Shown: positions 10,124 through 18,169 of the stretch, in pieces
How positions within the stretch are numbered: position 1 is the stretch's first letter
How the letters are laid out: every line of letters begins with the position of its first letter
Assembly (NCBI GenBank): GCA_045561295.1
Contig: JBJKYD010000002.1
Location: 1 to 23,785, forward strand
Direction of reading: 5' to 3'
DNA from: Gammaproteobacteria bacterium
GTDB taxonomy: Bacteria > Pseudomonadota > Gammaproteobacteria > GCA-002705445 > GCA-002716945
DNA: 23,785 nucleotides
Program-made: the position numbers and the translations under genes
Notes under the pieces: generated by a model
Seen by the model: the letters and a program-made list of their open reading frames with translations, nothing else
What the model was told of the DNA's origin: nothing
Database searches by the model: none

Positions 10124-11038
10124 ATGATAAACAATAAAATTAGAATTGGAGTCATAGGCTTAGGGTATCTTGGTAAATTTCATTATCAGAAGTATAAAGC
10201 TAACAAACTAGTAAATCTTACATCTGTTGTAGATACAGACACAAAGAATTACTCTGTCGTAAAAGAAAAAAATGTAATGATGTTTGAAAAATATCAAGAT
10301 ATCATCGATAAAGTAGATGCAGTATCCATCGTTACACCAACTATAACTCATTACAAGCTAGCAAAATATTTTCTTGATAATAAGATACATGTGTTGTTAG
10401 AAAAACCAATGACAGAGACTGTTGCACAAGCAAAAAAGTTAAATACAATTGCAAAAAAAAATAAATGTGTATTACAGATAGGTCATCTAGAGCAATTCAA
10501 CCCTGCGATACGTAAATTGAGAGGAAATAACTGTAAACCTCAGTTCATAGAAGTACACAGGTTATGTCAATTTAATCCTAGAGCAAATGATGTAGATGTT
10601 GTTCTGGATTTAATGATTCATGATATAGATATAGTGCTTTCATTAGTCAATAAAAAAATTGAAAACATAGAAGTCTCAGGAAAAAAGATTTTAACCAACT
10701 TAACTGATATTGCGAATGTACGAATTAAATTTAAAGATAATATTGTAGCTAATCTAACGGCAAGTAGAATAAGTAGAAAAAATGAAAGAAAAATGAGGAT
10801 CTTCTCTGATAATTCATATTATTCTATTGATTTTATAAATAATGAATTGAAAAAAATATATAAAGATAAAGAAAATAACTTTAAAATAAAAAATTTTAAT
10901 TTTAAAAAAACAGATACACTAAATGATGAAATAAATAATTTTATAAACACGTGTCTAGGAAAAGAGAAATCAATGACAACAGGAAACTCTGGGTTAGAAG
11001 CTCTTATTGTAGCAAAAAAAATATCAAAGGGGTTTTAG
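10124..11038 (+). CDS. gnnA: Gfo/Idh/MocA NAD-dependent oxidoreductase, probable UDP-GlcNAc 3-dehydrogenase GnnA
   Basis: Rossmann motif GVIGLGYLG, LLEKP, GHLEQFNP and DVVLDLMIHDID. The family is secure; the GnnA assignment comes from coupling to a DegT aminotransferase and lpxB at the lpxA locus. Confidence 0.8.
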   Translation: MINNKIRIGVIGLGYLGKFHYQKYKANKLVNLTSVVDTDTKNYSVVKEKNVMMFEKYQDIIDKVDAVSIVTPTITHYKLAKYFLDNKIHVLLEKPMTETVAQAKKLNTIAKKNKCVLQIGHLEQFNPAIRKLRGNNCKPQFIEVHRLCQFNPRANDVDVVLDLMIHDIDIVLSLVNKKIENIEVSGKKILTNLTDIANVRIKFKDNIVANLTASRISRKNERKMRIFSDNSYYSIDFINNELKKIYKDKENNFKIKNFNFKKTDTLNDEINNFINTCLGKEKSMTTGNSGLEALIVAKKISKGF

Positions 11039-11041
11039 TGG

Positions 11042-12130
11042 ATGATAAAAATATTTGATCTAAAAGAACAATACAAACGATTTGGAAAAGTTATTGATAA
11101 AAAAGTAATAAATATACTTTCGTCTGGAAACTATATATTAGGAGAAAATGTTGCACTATTTGAAGAAAAAACAAAAAAATATTTAAATGGAAAATATGCA
11201 CTAAGTTGTAATTCAGGTACTGATGCGCTTGTTTTATCAATGAGAGCGCTAGGAGTTCAAACAGGTGATGAGATAATTACGACTCCCTTTAGTTATTTTG
11301 CGACTGCTGAATCAATATCCTTAGTTGGTGCAAAACCAGTCTTCGCTGATATAAACCCACATACATTTAATATAAACCCTAAACATATTACTAAACTAAT
11401 TAATAAGAAAACCAAAGCCGTTCTATCAGTTAATTTATTTGGGCAAGCATGTGAATTAGATAATATTAATAAGATTACAAAAGAACATAATATTAAACAT
11501 ATTGAAGACTGTGCGCAATCGTTTGGTGCAGTCTATAATAATAAACAGACTGGTACATATGGTGATATGGGATGTTACAGTTTCTTTCCAACAAAAAATC
11601 TAGGATGCTTCGGTGATGGAGGTTTAGTTGTAGTTAAATCTAAGAAAAATTATGACATCCTTAAAAAACTAAGGACACATGGTGGTATAAGACGAAATCA
11701 GCATGACTTAATTGGTTACAATAGTAGACTGGATGAAATACAAGCTGCAATTCTTAATATTAAATTAAATTATTTAGAGTCCTTCATAAAGAAAAGAAAA
11801 AAAATCGCAAAGATATATTTTGAAACAATTAACAATGATAAGCTAAGATTACCTTTTACTTATAAGAAGTCAGTTCATACTTTCAATCAGTTTACGCTAA
11901 GGGTAAAGAATAGAAGAAAGCTCGAATTACATTTAAAGAAAAATAATATACCATATGGAATATATTATTCTATGCCTATCTATAAATATAATGCTTATAG
12001 AAACAACAAATATGAGTCATTACCTATGGTTGAAAAGGTATCCAAAGAATGTCTATCAATACCTATCTATCCAGAATTACCGATTAAATATGCAATAAAG
12101 ATAAGTGAAGTTTTAAATAATTATGAATAA
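11042..12130 (+). CDS. gnnB: DegT/DnrJ/EryC1/StrS PLP aminotransferase, probable UDP-3-keto-GlcNAc transaminase GnnB
   Basis: NSGTDAL, TTPFSYFAT, EDCAQSFGA, PLP-lysine motif SFFPTKNLGCFGDGG and GYNSRLDEIQAA. SD-like AGGGG upstream; 8-bp overlap with lpxB. Confidence 0.8.
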   Translation: MIKIFDLKEQYKRFGKVIDKKVINILSSGNYILGENVALFEEKTKKYLNGKYALSCNSGTDALVLSMRALGVQTGDEIITTPFSYFATAESISLVGAKPVFADINPHTFNINPKHITKLINKKTKAVLSVNLFGQACELDNINKITKEHNIKHIEDCAQSFGAVYNNKQTGTYGDMGCYSFFPTKNLGCFGDGGLVVVKSKKNYDILKKLRTHGGIRRNQHDLIGYNSRLDEIQAAILNIKLNYLESFIKKRKKIAKIYFETINNDKLRLPFTYKKSVHTFNQFTLRVKNRRKLELHLKKNNIPYGIYYSMPIYKYNAYRNNKYESLPMVEKVSKECLSIPIYPELPIKYAIKISEVLNNYE

Positions 12131-13250
12131 TCAAAAACGAATATTTATAATTGCTGGTGAACCATCTGGTGATCATCATGCGGCTGACTATATTAAAGAA
12201 CATTCCAGCATGAATCCTAATATTCTTTTTGATGCCTTTGGACAAACTGAAATAGAAAAGACAAATACCAAAATAATATATAATACAGAAGAAATATCAG
12301 TGGTCGGTATAATCGAAGTAATTACTAAATACAAAGAAATACTACGTGCCCTCAAAATAGCGAAAAGTTATATAAAAAAAAATAAACCTGATTTAATCAT
12401 ACTAGTAGATTATATAGAATTTAATTTGAAGATTGCTAAATTTGCTAGAAGCCTAGGAATACCTGTTCTCTTTTATATAGCACCTCAAGTATGGGCATGG
12501 AGAGAGAAAAGAGCTAAAACTTTTATTAAATGTATAGATCATTTAGCTGTTATATTTCCTTTTGAAGAAGTTTACTTCAAAAAGTATACAAACAACATAA
12601 CATATGTTGGACATCCACTCAGCAAAAGATCAGATTTAATGAACTCAATTAAGGACTATAGCCAAAGGAATATAGATTTAGGTATATTCCCTGGAAGCAG
12701 GGAATCAGAAATAAAGAATAATCTCCATCTGATGATAGATTGCATTCAAAAAAATAAAAAAGAAAATATAAAGATTTTTTATGCCAATGAATCATCAAGA
12801 GTAATCATTGAGAATTTATTACCTTATGAATATCATGCACATCTTGTGTCAGGAAAAGATTTAAACAAAGTTAATGATTGTAAAAAGGCACTGTGTGCAT
12901 CGGGAACAATTACACTTGAACTAGCAATGTTAGAAATTCCGATGATAATTATGTATAAACTTTCATATTTCTCATATCTGATCATGAAAAGCTTGGTCAA
13001 TGTAAAATATATAGGACTAGTAAATCTTATCTTAGGTAATAGCATTGGCTCTCAACCAATTGTGAAAGAATTCATTCAGCCTTCGTATTCTGATCAAGTT
13101 GATGTCATGGTTGAATTGAATAAGATTGATCAAGATGAATTATATAGAAATTCTATTATTGATAAATATAAATTAATAAGAAGCAAATTATCAATACAGT
13201 CTTCAGAAAAGCTAAGTAAGATAGCTGAAAACATGTTAAATTCTATCTAG
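12123..13250 (+). CDS. lpxB: Lipid-A-disaccharide synthase
   Basis: IAGEPSGD, YIAPQVWAWR, IFPFE, YVGHPL, FPGSRESEI, ASGTITLE and VKEFIQ motifs. Confidence 0.97.
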   Translation: MNNQKRIFIIAGEPSGDHHAADYIKEHSSMNPNILFDAFGQTEIEKTNTKIIYNTEEISVVGIIEVITKYKEILRALKIAKSYIKKNKPDLIILVDYIEFNLKIAKFARSLGIPVLFYIAPQVWAWREKRAKTFIKCIDHLAVIFPFEEVYFKKYTNNITYVGHPLSKRSDLMNSIKDYSQRNIDLGIFPGSRESEIKNNLHLMIDCIQKNKKENIKIFYANESSRVIIENLLPYEYHAHLVSGKDLNKVNDCKKALCASGTITLELAMLEIPMIIMYKLSYFSYLIMKSLVNVKYIGLVNLILGNSIGSQPIVKEFIQPSYSDQVDVMVELNKIDQDELYRNSIIDKYKLIRSKLSIQSSEKLSKIAENMLNSI

Positions 13251-14013
13251 TAATACCTCTTTTGCTATTTACTATAAAGTCAACAAAACTATTTGCATGG
13301 TTACAGGTAATATTAAGCCCTTTGAATAAAGATAATCTTTCATTAAGAGGTTTAGTAGATTTTATAAAAATTTTAAAACATTTTTCTAAATCTCTTATGG
13401 ATTTATCATCGAAGTTTTTTCGCCTTAAACCCTCGGAATTAATCTTATAAGCTTTGGCATGATTGCCTGCTATTAAGGTATACGGTGTAACATCTTGTGA
13501 TATTACAGTACCAAGTCCCGAGAAGGCATGATTGCCAATGTGGCAAAACTGATGTACGAGAGTAAATCCTCCAAGAGAAACATTAGATTCTAATTTTACA
13601 TGCCCTGCTAAGCTAGCTGCATTTGACAAGATGCAATCATTTTCAATAATGCAATCATGTGCAACATGTGTATATGCCATTAACAAATTATTGTCACCTA
13701 TTTTAGTATACGAAATACCATCTTTAGTTCCTCTATGAATGCTGCTGTATTCACGTATGATATTATTATCACCTATAATGCATGTAGTATGCTCATCACG
13801 AAATTTAAGATCTTGAGGTTCTTCACCAATAGTTGCAAATTGGTAGATAATATTATTTTTACCGATGGTAGTATTTTCTCTAATTACGGCATGCTCTTTT
13901 ATTACTGTACCTTCACCTATCGATACATTTTTATCTATAATAGAATATGCGCCTATCTTTACATTATCAGCAATAGACGCTGATTCATGAATTAAAGATT
14001 TACTGTCTATCAT
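13243..14013 (-). CDS. lpxA: UDP-N-acetylglucosamine(-3N) acyltransferase LpxA
   Basis: Hexapeptide repeats, PQDLKF, IRE..SIHRGT, HVAHDC, LAGHV, VHQF and a C-terminal RGITR. ATG at 14013 preferred over the GTG at 14031. Confidence 0.98.
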   Translation of the reverse strand: MIDSKSLIHESASIADNVKIGAYSIIDKNVSIGEGTVIKEHAVIRENTTIGKNNIIYQFATIGEEPQDLKFRDEHTTCIIGDNNIIREYSSIHRGTKDGISYTKIGDNNLLMAYTHVAHDCIIENDCILSNAASLAGHVKLESNVSLGGFTLVHQFCHIGNHAFSGLGTVISQDVTPYTLIAGNHAKAYKINSEGLRRKNFDDKSIRDLEKCFKIFIKSTKPLNERLSLFKGLNITCNHANSFVDFIVNSKRGITR

Positions 14014-14434
14014 TTTTTGATCGAATTGCACCTATTAATTCAGATGTACAAACAACTTCATCATTTACATGACATTCTGAAGAAAACTTATGAATATCAC
14101 TTTTACTTTGATTGAGCTTAGCATTAATTATAATAATATCCCCAGGAACTACTTGTTTTTTAAATCTTGCTTTATCTATACCTACAAAGTAGTACAACTG
14201 TTTTGACATATCACGATCATTACTTTCAATATCAAGAATGGCTGTAGCTTGTGCCATTGCCTCTAGAAGTAATACTCCAGGAAAAACAGGATAATCAGGA
14301 AAATGCCCTTGAAAAAATGGCTCATTATAACTTACATTTTTTTGAGCAATAATAGATTCATTTTTTTTGATGTCAATCACTTTGTCTATGAGTAAAAAAG
14401 GATAGCGGTGTGGTAAATAATTTTGTATGTTCAT
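14000..14434 (-). CDS. fabZ: 3-hydroxyacyl-ACP dehydratase
   Basis: LPHRYPFLLID, NEPFFQGHFP, PGVLLLEAMAQ and ARFKKQVVPGD; AGGT SD-like sequence upstream. Confidence 0.99.
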   Translation of the reverse strand: MNIQNYLPHRYPFLLIDKVIDIKKNESIIAQKNVSYNEPFFQGHFPDYPVFPGVLLLEAMAQATAILDIESNDRDMSKQLYYFVGIDKARFKKQVVPGDIIIINAKLNQSKSDIHKFSSECHVNDEVVCTSELIGAIRSKNDRQ

Positions 14435-14443
14435 GTGTATTAC

Positions 14444-15331
14444 CTATTTTTTTTTATAAAGATTTCTGAATATTACTTGATTTCGTCTCCAATTACGAAC
14501 ACTATCAGCTGCAAGCGCAGATGCATAGTCACCCTCTTTAGTAATAGGCTTTGTTATCATGGACATTCCATGGATATTTACGTTATCACAGATTGTAATA
14601 TGTCCATTTATACCTACACCGCCACCAATTGTGCAATTATCTCCAATAGAAGTACTCCCAGCTATGCCAGTGCAGGCAGCAATCGCTGTATTACTTCCAA
14701 CTGTTACATTATGTGCAATATGTACTAAGTTATCTATCTTACAATTTCTCTTTAAAATTGTATTATCTAGCATACCTCTGTCAATTGTAGTATTTGAACC
14801 TATTTCAACATCATCTTCAATAACAACGGATCCTACATGAGGGATCTTCTTCCATAGTCCATCAATTTTATACAATCCAAAACCATCTGAACCTATAGTA
14901 ACATTTGGATGAATAATGACATTATTACCTATGGAGCAATTGTGATTTATAAAAACCCCTGGGTATATGCGACATCCTTCTCCTATTTTTACATTTTGTC
15001 CAATAGTGACGTTATTATAATCTTCTGACATTGTATAATCTGAAGAATCAAAGAGCATGTTAAGTAATAAAGATAATGAATGCTTAACATTTTCTACCCT
15101 AAATAATGTAACTGATTCTTCTACCTCTTCAACAAAAGTATTACTAACGATTAGGCCTGAAAATAATGACAAGTCATTACTGCTTTTATCTTGAAAAATA
15201 AATCCTAATGAGTTTTGTGCCGGGTTAGTAAGTGAAGAAATTGTATCGAAAATATTGCTTTTATTTTTTTCACATTTAGCTTCAAGTATGACACTTAATT
15301 CAGCACAGCTATATGCTTTATTAAGTTTCAT
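14444..15331 (-). CDS. lpxD: UDP-3-O-acylglucosamine N-acyltransferase LpxD (short, 295 aa)
   Basis: [34 protein letters not shown] and GIAGST; skp-lpxD-fabZ synteny. Confidence 0.96.
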   Translation of the reverse strand: MKLNKAYSCAELSVILEAKCEKNKSNIFDTISSLTNPAQNSLGFIFQDKSSNDLSLFSGLIVSNTFVEEVEESVTLFRVENVKHSLSLLLNMLFDSSDYTMSEDYNNVTIGQNVKIGEGCRIYPGVFINHNCSIGNNVIIHPNVTIGSDGFGLYKIDGLWKKIPHVGSVVIEDDVEIGSNTTIDRGMLDNTILKRNCKIDNLVHIAHNVTVGSNTAIAACTGIAGSTSIGDNCTIGGGVGINGHITICDNVNIHGMSMITKPITKEGDYASALAADSVRNWRRNQVIFRNLYKKK

Positions 15332-15332
15332 C

Positions 15333-15833
15333 TTAATCTAGAATATTTATTATATCTTGAGTTATATCAACATATTTTTTTGCGAATAGAGTAGTTCCAT
15401 CTGCTCGTAGTATAAGGTCATAATCATTATCTTCTGCAAATTTGTTTATAGCTTTTTCAACAATAATTCGAATTCTTTGTAGTTCGGAGTTTTGCTTACC
15501 TTGTAATTCTTTTTGAAGAGATTGCTGTTTGGTTCTAAATTTATTTTCAATATTACTAATTTCTTTAATTTTAGCTTTCCTCTCATCTTTAGACATTGTC
15601 CTTTCATTTTTTAAGTATTCATCATTAAGTTTATTCCATGATGTTTCAATTTTCTTTAGTTCATCAGCTTTAGGTTTAAATTCATTTTTTAGATTTGTCT
15701 GCGATTCTTTATATATTGGTATTTCTTTAAATAGTACATCCAATTTTACAACACCAATTTTAGTTTCTGCATAGCTTATATTCGAAACGAAAATTAAAAA
15801 TATAAATAGTATGCTTATTATTTTTTTTTCCAT
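15333..15833 (-). CDS. skp: Periplasmic OMP chaperone Skp/OmpH
   Basis: Signal peptide, then KIGVV, a coiled-coil body, YDLIL and DITQDII; lies between bamA and lpxD. Confidence 0.92.
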   Translation of the reverse strand: MEKKIISILFIFLIFVSNISYAETKIGVVKLDVLFKEIPIYKESQTNLKNEFKPKADELKKIETSWNKLNDEYLKNERTMSKDERKAKIKEISNIENKFRTKQQSLQKELQGKQNSELQRIRIIVEKAINKFAEDNDYDLILRADGTTLFAKKYVDITQDIINILD

Positions 15834-18169
15834 TAAAAAGCCCCTCCAAGGGAAAATATTATAGGTTTTGTATCATCACCTTCTTTAGATTTGAAAGTTT
15901 CGACAAAGCCCATTGATACAGCCCCTACTGGTGTTCTAAAGTTAAGCTGTATGCCGTAACTTCCTCTAAGGTCACTATAACTAAAATCTGAGACATCTTC
16001 AAATACATTCCCAATATCTAAGAATAAAGATCCTCTAAAAAGTCTTTTATCCTCGCCTAAAAAAGGAGGTGGTGGAAAAACCCAATCATTTTGCAGAACA
16101 GCTAAAAAATCTCCTCCAATAGCATCACAAGTCTTCGCAGTACATGTCGTATTATTTCTTAGTGGGCCAAGGCTACCAGAATCATAGCCTCTTACAGTTC
16201 TATCGCCTCCTGCAAAATATTTATCATGAAAAGGTAGATTAGATTCTCCAAACAATCCAGTCCCTATACCAATTTGTGGCTTAATTTGAAACACTGTATC
16301 CCAGTCGAACATATTAAGAAAGCTTAGTCTATAAGGAGTATTATATTCACCACTAAACTTAATAGAAGTATATGAGTAATCCATGTCAGGCTTTATAAAC
16401 AAGTTTGATGTAATCGATTGCCTTTTGCCTTGTGTAGCATAGACAGTTCTATCCCTAGTATCCTCAACTATGTTTGCTTTGAACATTATACCAAAATGAG
16501 AGTCTCCATGTTCGTTAATAAAATTTGTTACATTAGTGGGTGAACCTACAGTAGTTGTGTATTCAGTTAATATAAGTTCAGCGCCATACCCGTAAGAACG
16601 ATCTTCAGATATAGGAACATTATAATCAACACCGTATGCAAAGGTATCAGATATGTATGCAGCAGTAGATGTCTCTGAAACGTCTGTTTCACTAAGAACG
16701 ACAGAGGTAGATTTAGATATTCCATCCTCAGTAAAATATGGATCGGTGTTACGATAACGTAGAAGTTTCTTGTAAGAACTCTTTTCTAGTTCAAGTATAA
16801 CATTGTTACCCTTGCCCAGAAAGTTATCTTGTTGAACTTTAACATTGAAAATAGCACCACTTGAATCTGAGTACCCAGCGCCTAATTTAAATTCTCCAGA
16901 TTGAGTTTCATCTAGTAAAAAATCAATATCAATATATCCATTATTTTCATCGATAATAGTTTTATTAACATCAACCTGATTTACGAATTTTAATCTTTGC
17001 AGTCTAATCTTAGATCTTTGAACTTTACTTTCAGAATATGTAGATGATTCAAACTGTCTAAGTTCTCTTCTATAAACTTCATCGTTTGTTTTAGTATTTC
17101 CTTTTATATTAATTCTTCGTACAAATGATTTCTTTTTAGGATCTACTCTAAAGTCAATATCAACAAGACCTTTATCATCTTGCAAGGCAACATTTACAAG
17201 GATAGTTGGAAACGCATAGCCTTTCTCACCAAGAATAAATTCTATGGCCTTCTTTGAACCTTCTATATTTGATCTAGAAAAAGAAGTTCCTGGTTTGATG
17301 TTGTAATCAATAATATTGTTAAATATATTTGGATCAAATTTATCCAAACCATAAATAGTGATTTTACCAAACTTATATAGATTACCTTCCTTGATAGATA
17401 ATGTAATGTATATATCTTCTTTATTTGGCGACAAATTAACTTGTTTCGAGATGATTTCAAATTTTGCATATCCTCTATTGAGATAGTAATCTCTGATAGC
17501 TTCAATATCTTGATCTAATAATGTACTGTTATAGATGTCTTTATCTGACCAGACTTCAAACCAATACTTCGGTCCTGATTTAATTAACGATTTAAGTAAT
17601 CTTGTGCTGTATGTTTTGTTTCCTAATATTTTAATTTCTTTAATTGTAGATGCCTTGCCTTCATTAATGTTTAAAGAAAGTTCAATAATATTGTTTTCTA
17701 ATTCATTTTCAGTAACTTCTACAGATGAAGAGTATCTTCCATTATCAAAGTATAGTCTTACTAATTCTTGTTTAACTTTATCGATGAGATTCCTACTATA
17801 GGGTTTACTTTGTGATATTCCGATATTCTTTAGAGAAGCCACTATTTGATCTTTTTCCAATAGTTTGTTTCCTTCGATATTAATACTTGAAATGATTGGT
17901 CGCTCGGTTACATTAATAAATATAGTATTATCTCTGATATCTGCTTCAATATTATTAAACAGATTAGTTGAGAATAAATCTTTTATGACTACTGCAATAT
18001 CATCTTGATCATAGATTTTTCCAATTTGAATGCCAGAATAATCAATAATTTCTACTGAGGATAATCTTGTATTGCCTTCAATGACGATATAATTAATTTG
18101 TCTCTCATTTGCTGATAAAGATATAGGTAGTAGAATTAATAAAAGCAGATAAGTTCTAAATATACTCAT
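15833..18169 (-). CDS. bamA: Outer membrane protein assembly factor BamA
   Basis: Signal peptide, POTRA repeats (IEGN, Y..RGY, GNTKTNDEVYRRE), NFLGKG, loop-6 VRGY, TPVGAV and a terminal aromatic beta-signal (FSLGGAF). Confidence 0.98.
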   Translation of the reverse strand: MSIFRTYLLLLILLPISLSANERQINYIVIEGNTRLSSVEIIDYSGIQIGKIYDQDDIAVVIKDLFSTNLFNNIEADIRDNTIFINVTERPIISSINIEGNKLLEKDQIVASLKNIGISQSKPYSRNLIDKVKQELVRLYFDNGRYSSSVEVTENELENNIIELSLNINEGKASTIKEIKILGNKTYSTRLLKSLIKSGPKYWFEVWSDKDIYNSTLLDQDIEAIRDYYLNRGYAKFEIISKQVNLSPNKEDIYITLSIKEGNLYKFGKITIYGLDKFDPNIFNNIIDYNIKPGTSFSRSNIEGSKKAIEFILGEKGYAFPTILVNVALQDDKGLVDIDFRVDPKKKSFVRRINIKGNTKTNDEVYRRELRQFESSTYSESKVQRSKIRLQRLKFVNQVDVNKTIIDENNGYIDIDFLLDETQSGEFKLGAGYSDSSGAIFNVKVQQDNFLGKGNNVILELEKSSYKKLLRYRNTDPYFTEDGISKSTSVVLSETDVSETSTAAYISDTFAYGVDYNVPISEDRSYGYGAELILTEYTTTVGSPTNVTNFINEHGDSHFGIMFKANIVEDTRDRTVYATQGKRQSITSNLFIKPDMDYSYTSIKFSGEYNTPYRLSFLNMFDWDTVFQIKPQIGIGTGLFGESNLPFHDKYFAGGDRTVRGYDSGSLGPLRNNTTCTAKTCDAIGGDFLAVLQNDWVFPPPPFLGEDKRLFRGSLFLDIGNVFEDVSDFSYSDLRGSYGIQLNFRTPVGAVSMGFVETFKSKEGDDTKPIIFSLGGAF

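Noticed and set aside
10124-12130. Reading the dehydrogenase/aminotransferase pair as an O-antigen (WbpB/WbpE-like) or antibiotic-sugar island
   Set aside because: No UDP-GlcNAc 6-dehydrogenase, acetyltransferase, glycosyltransferase or flippase nearby, composition resembles the flanks, and the pair is coupled to lpxB. GnnA/GnnB fits better, though it is not proven.
13243-15331. Periodic repeats in lpxA and lpxD
   Set aside because: These are protein-level hexapeptide repeats of the left-handed beta-helix, not DNA repeats or a CRISPR array.
16120-16200. Cys pair in BamA loop 6 (NTTCTAKTCD)
   Set aside because: A loop-6 disulfide next to VRGF/Y is already known in E. coli BamA.
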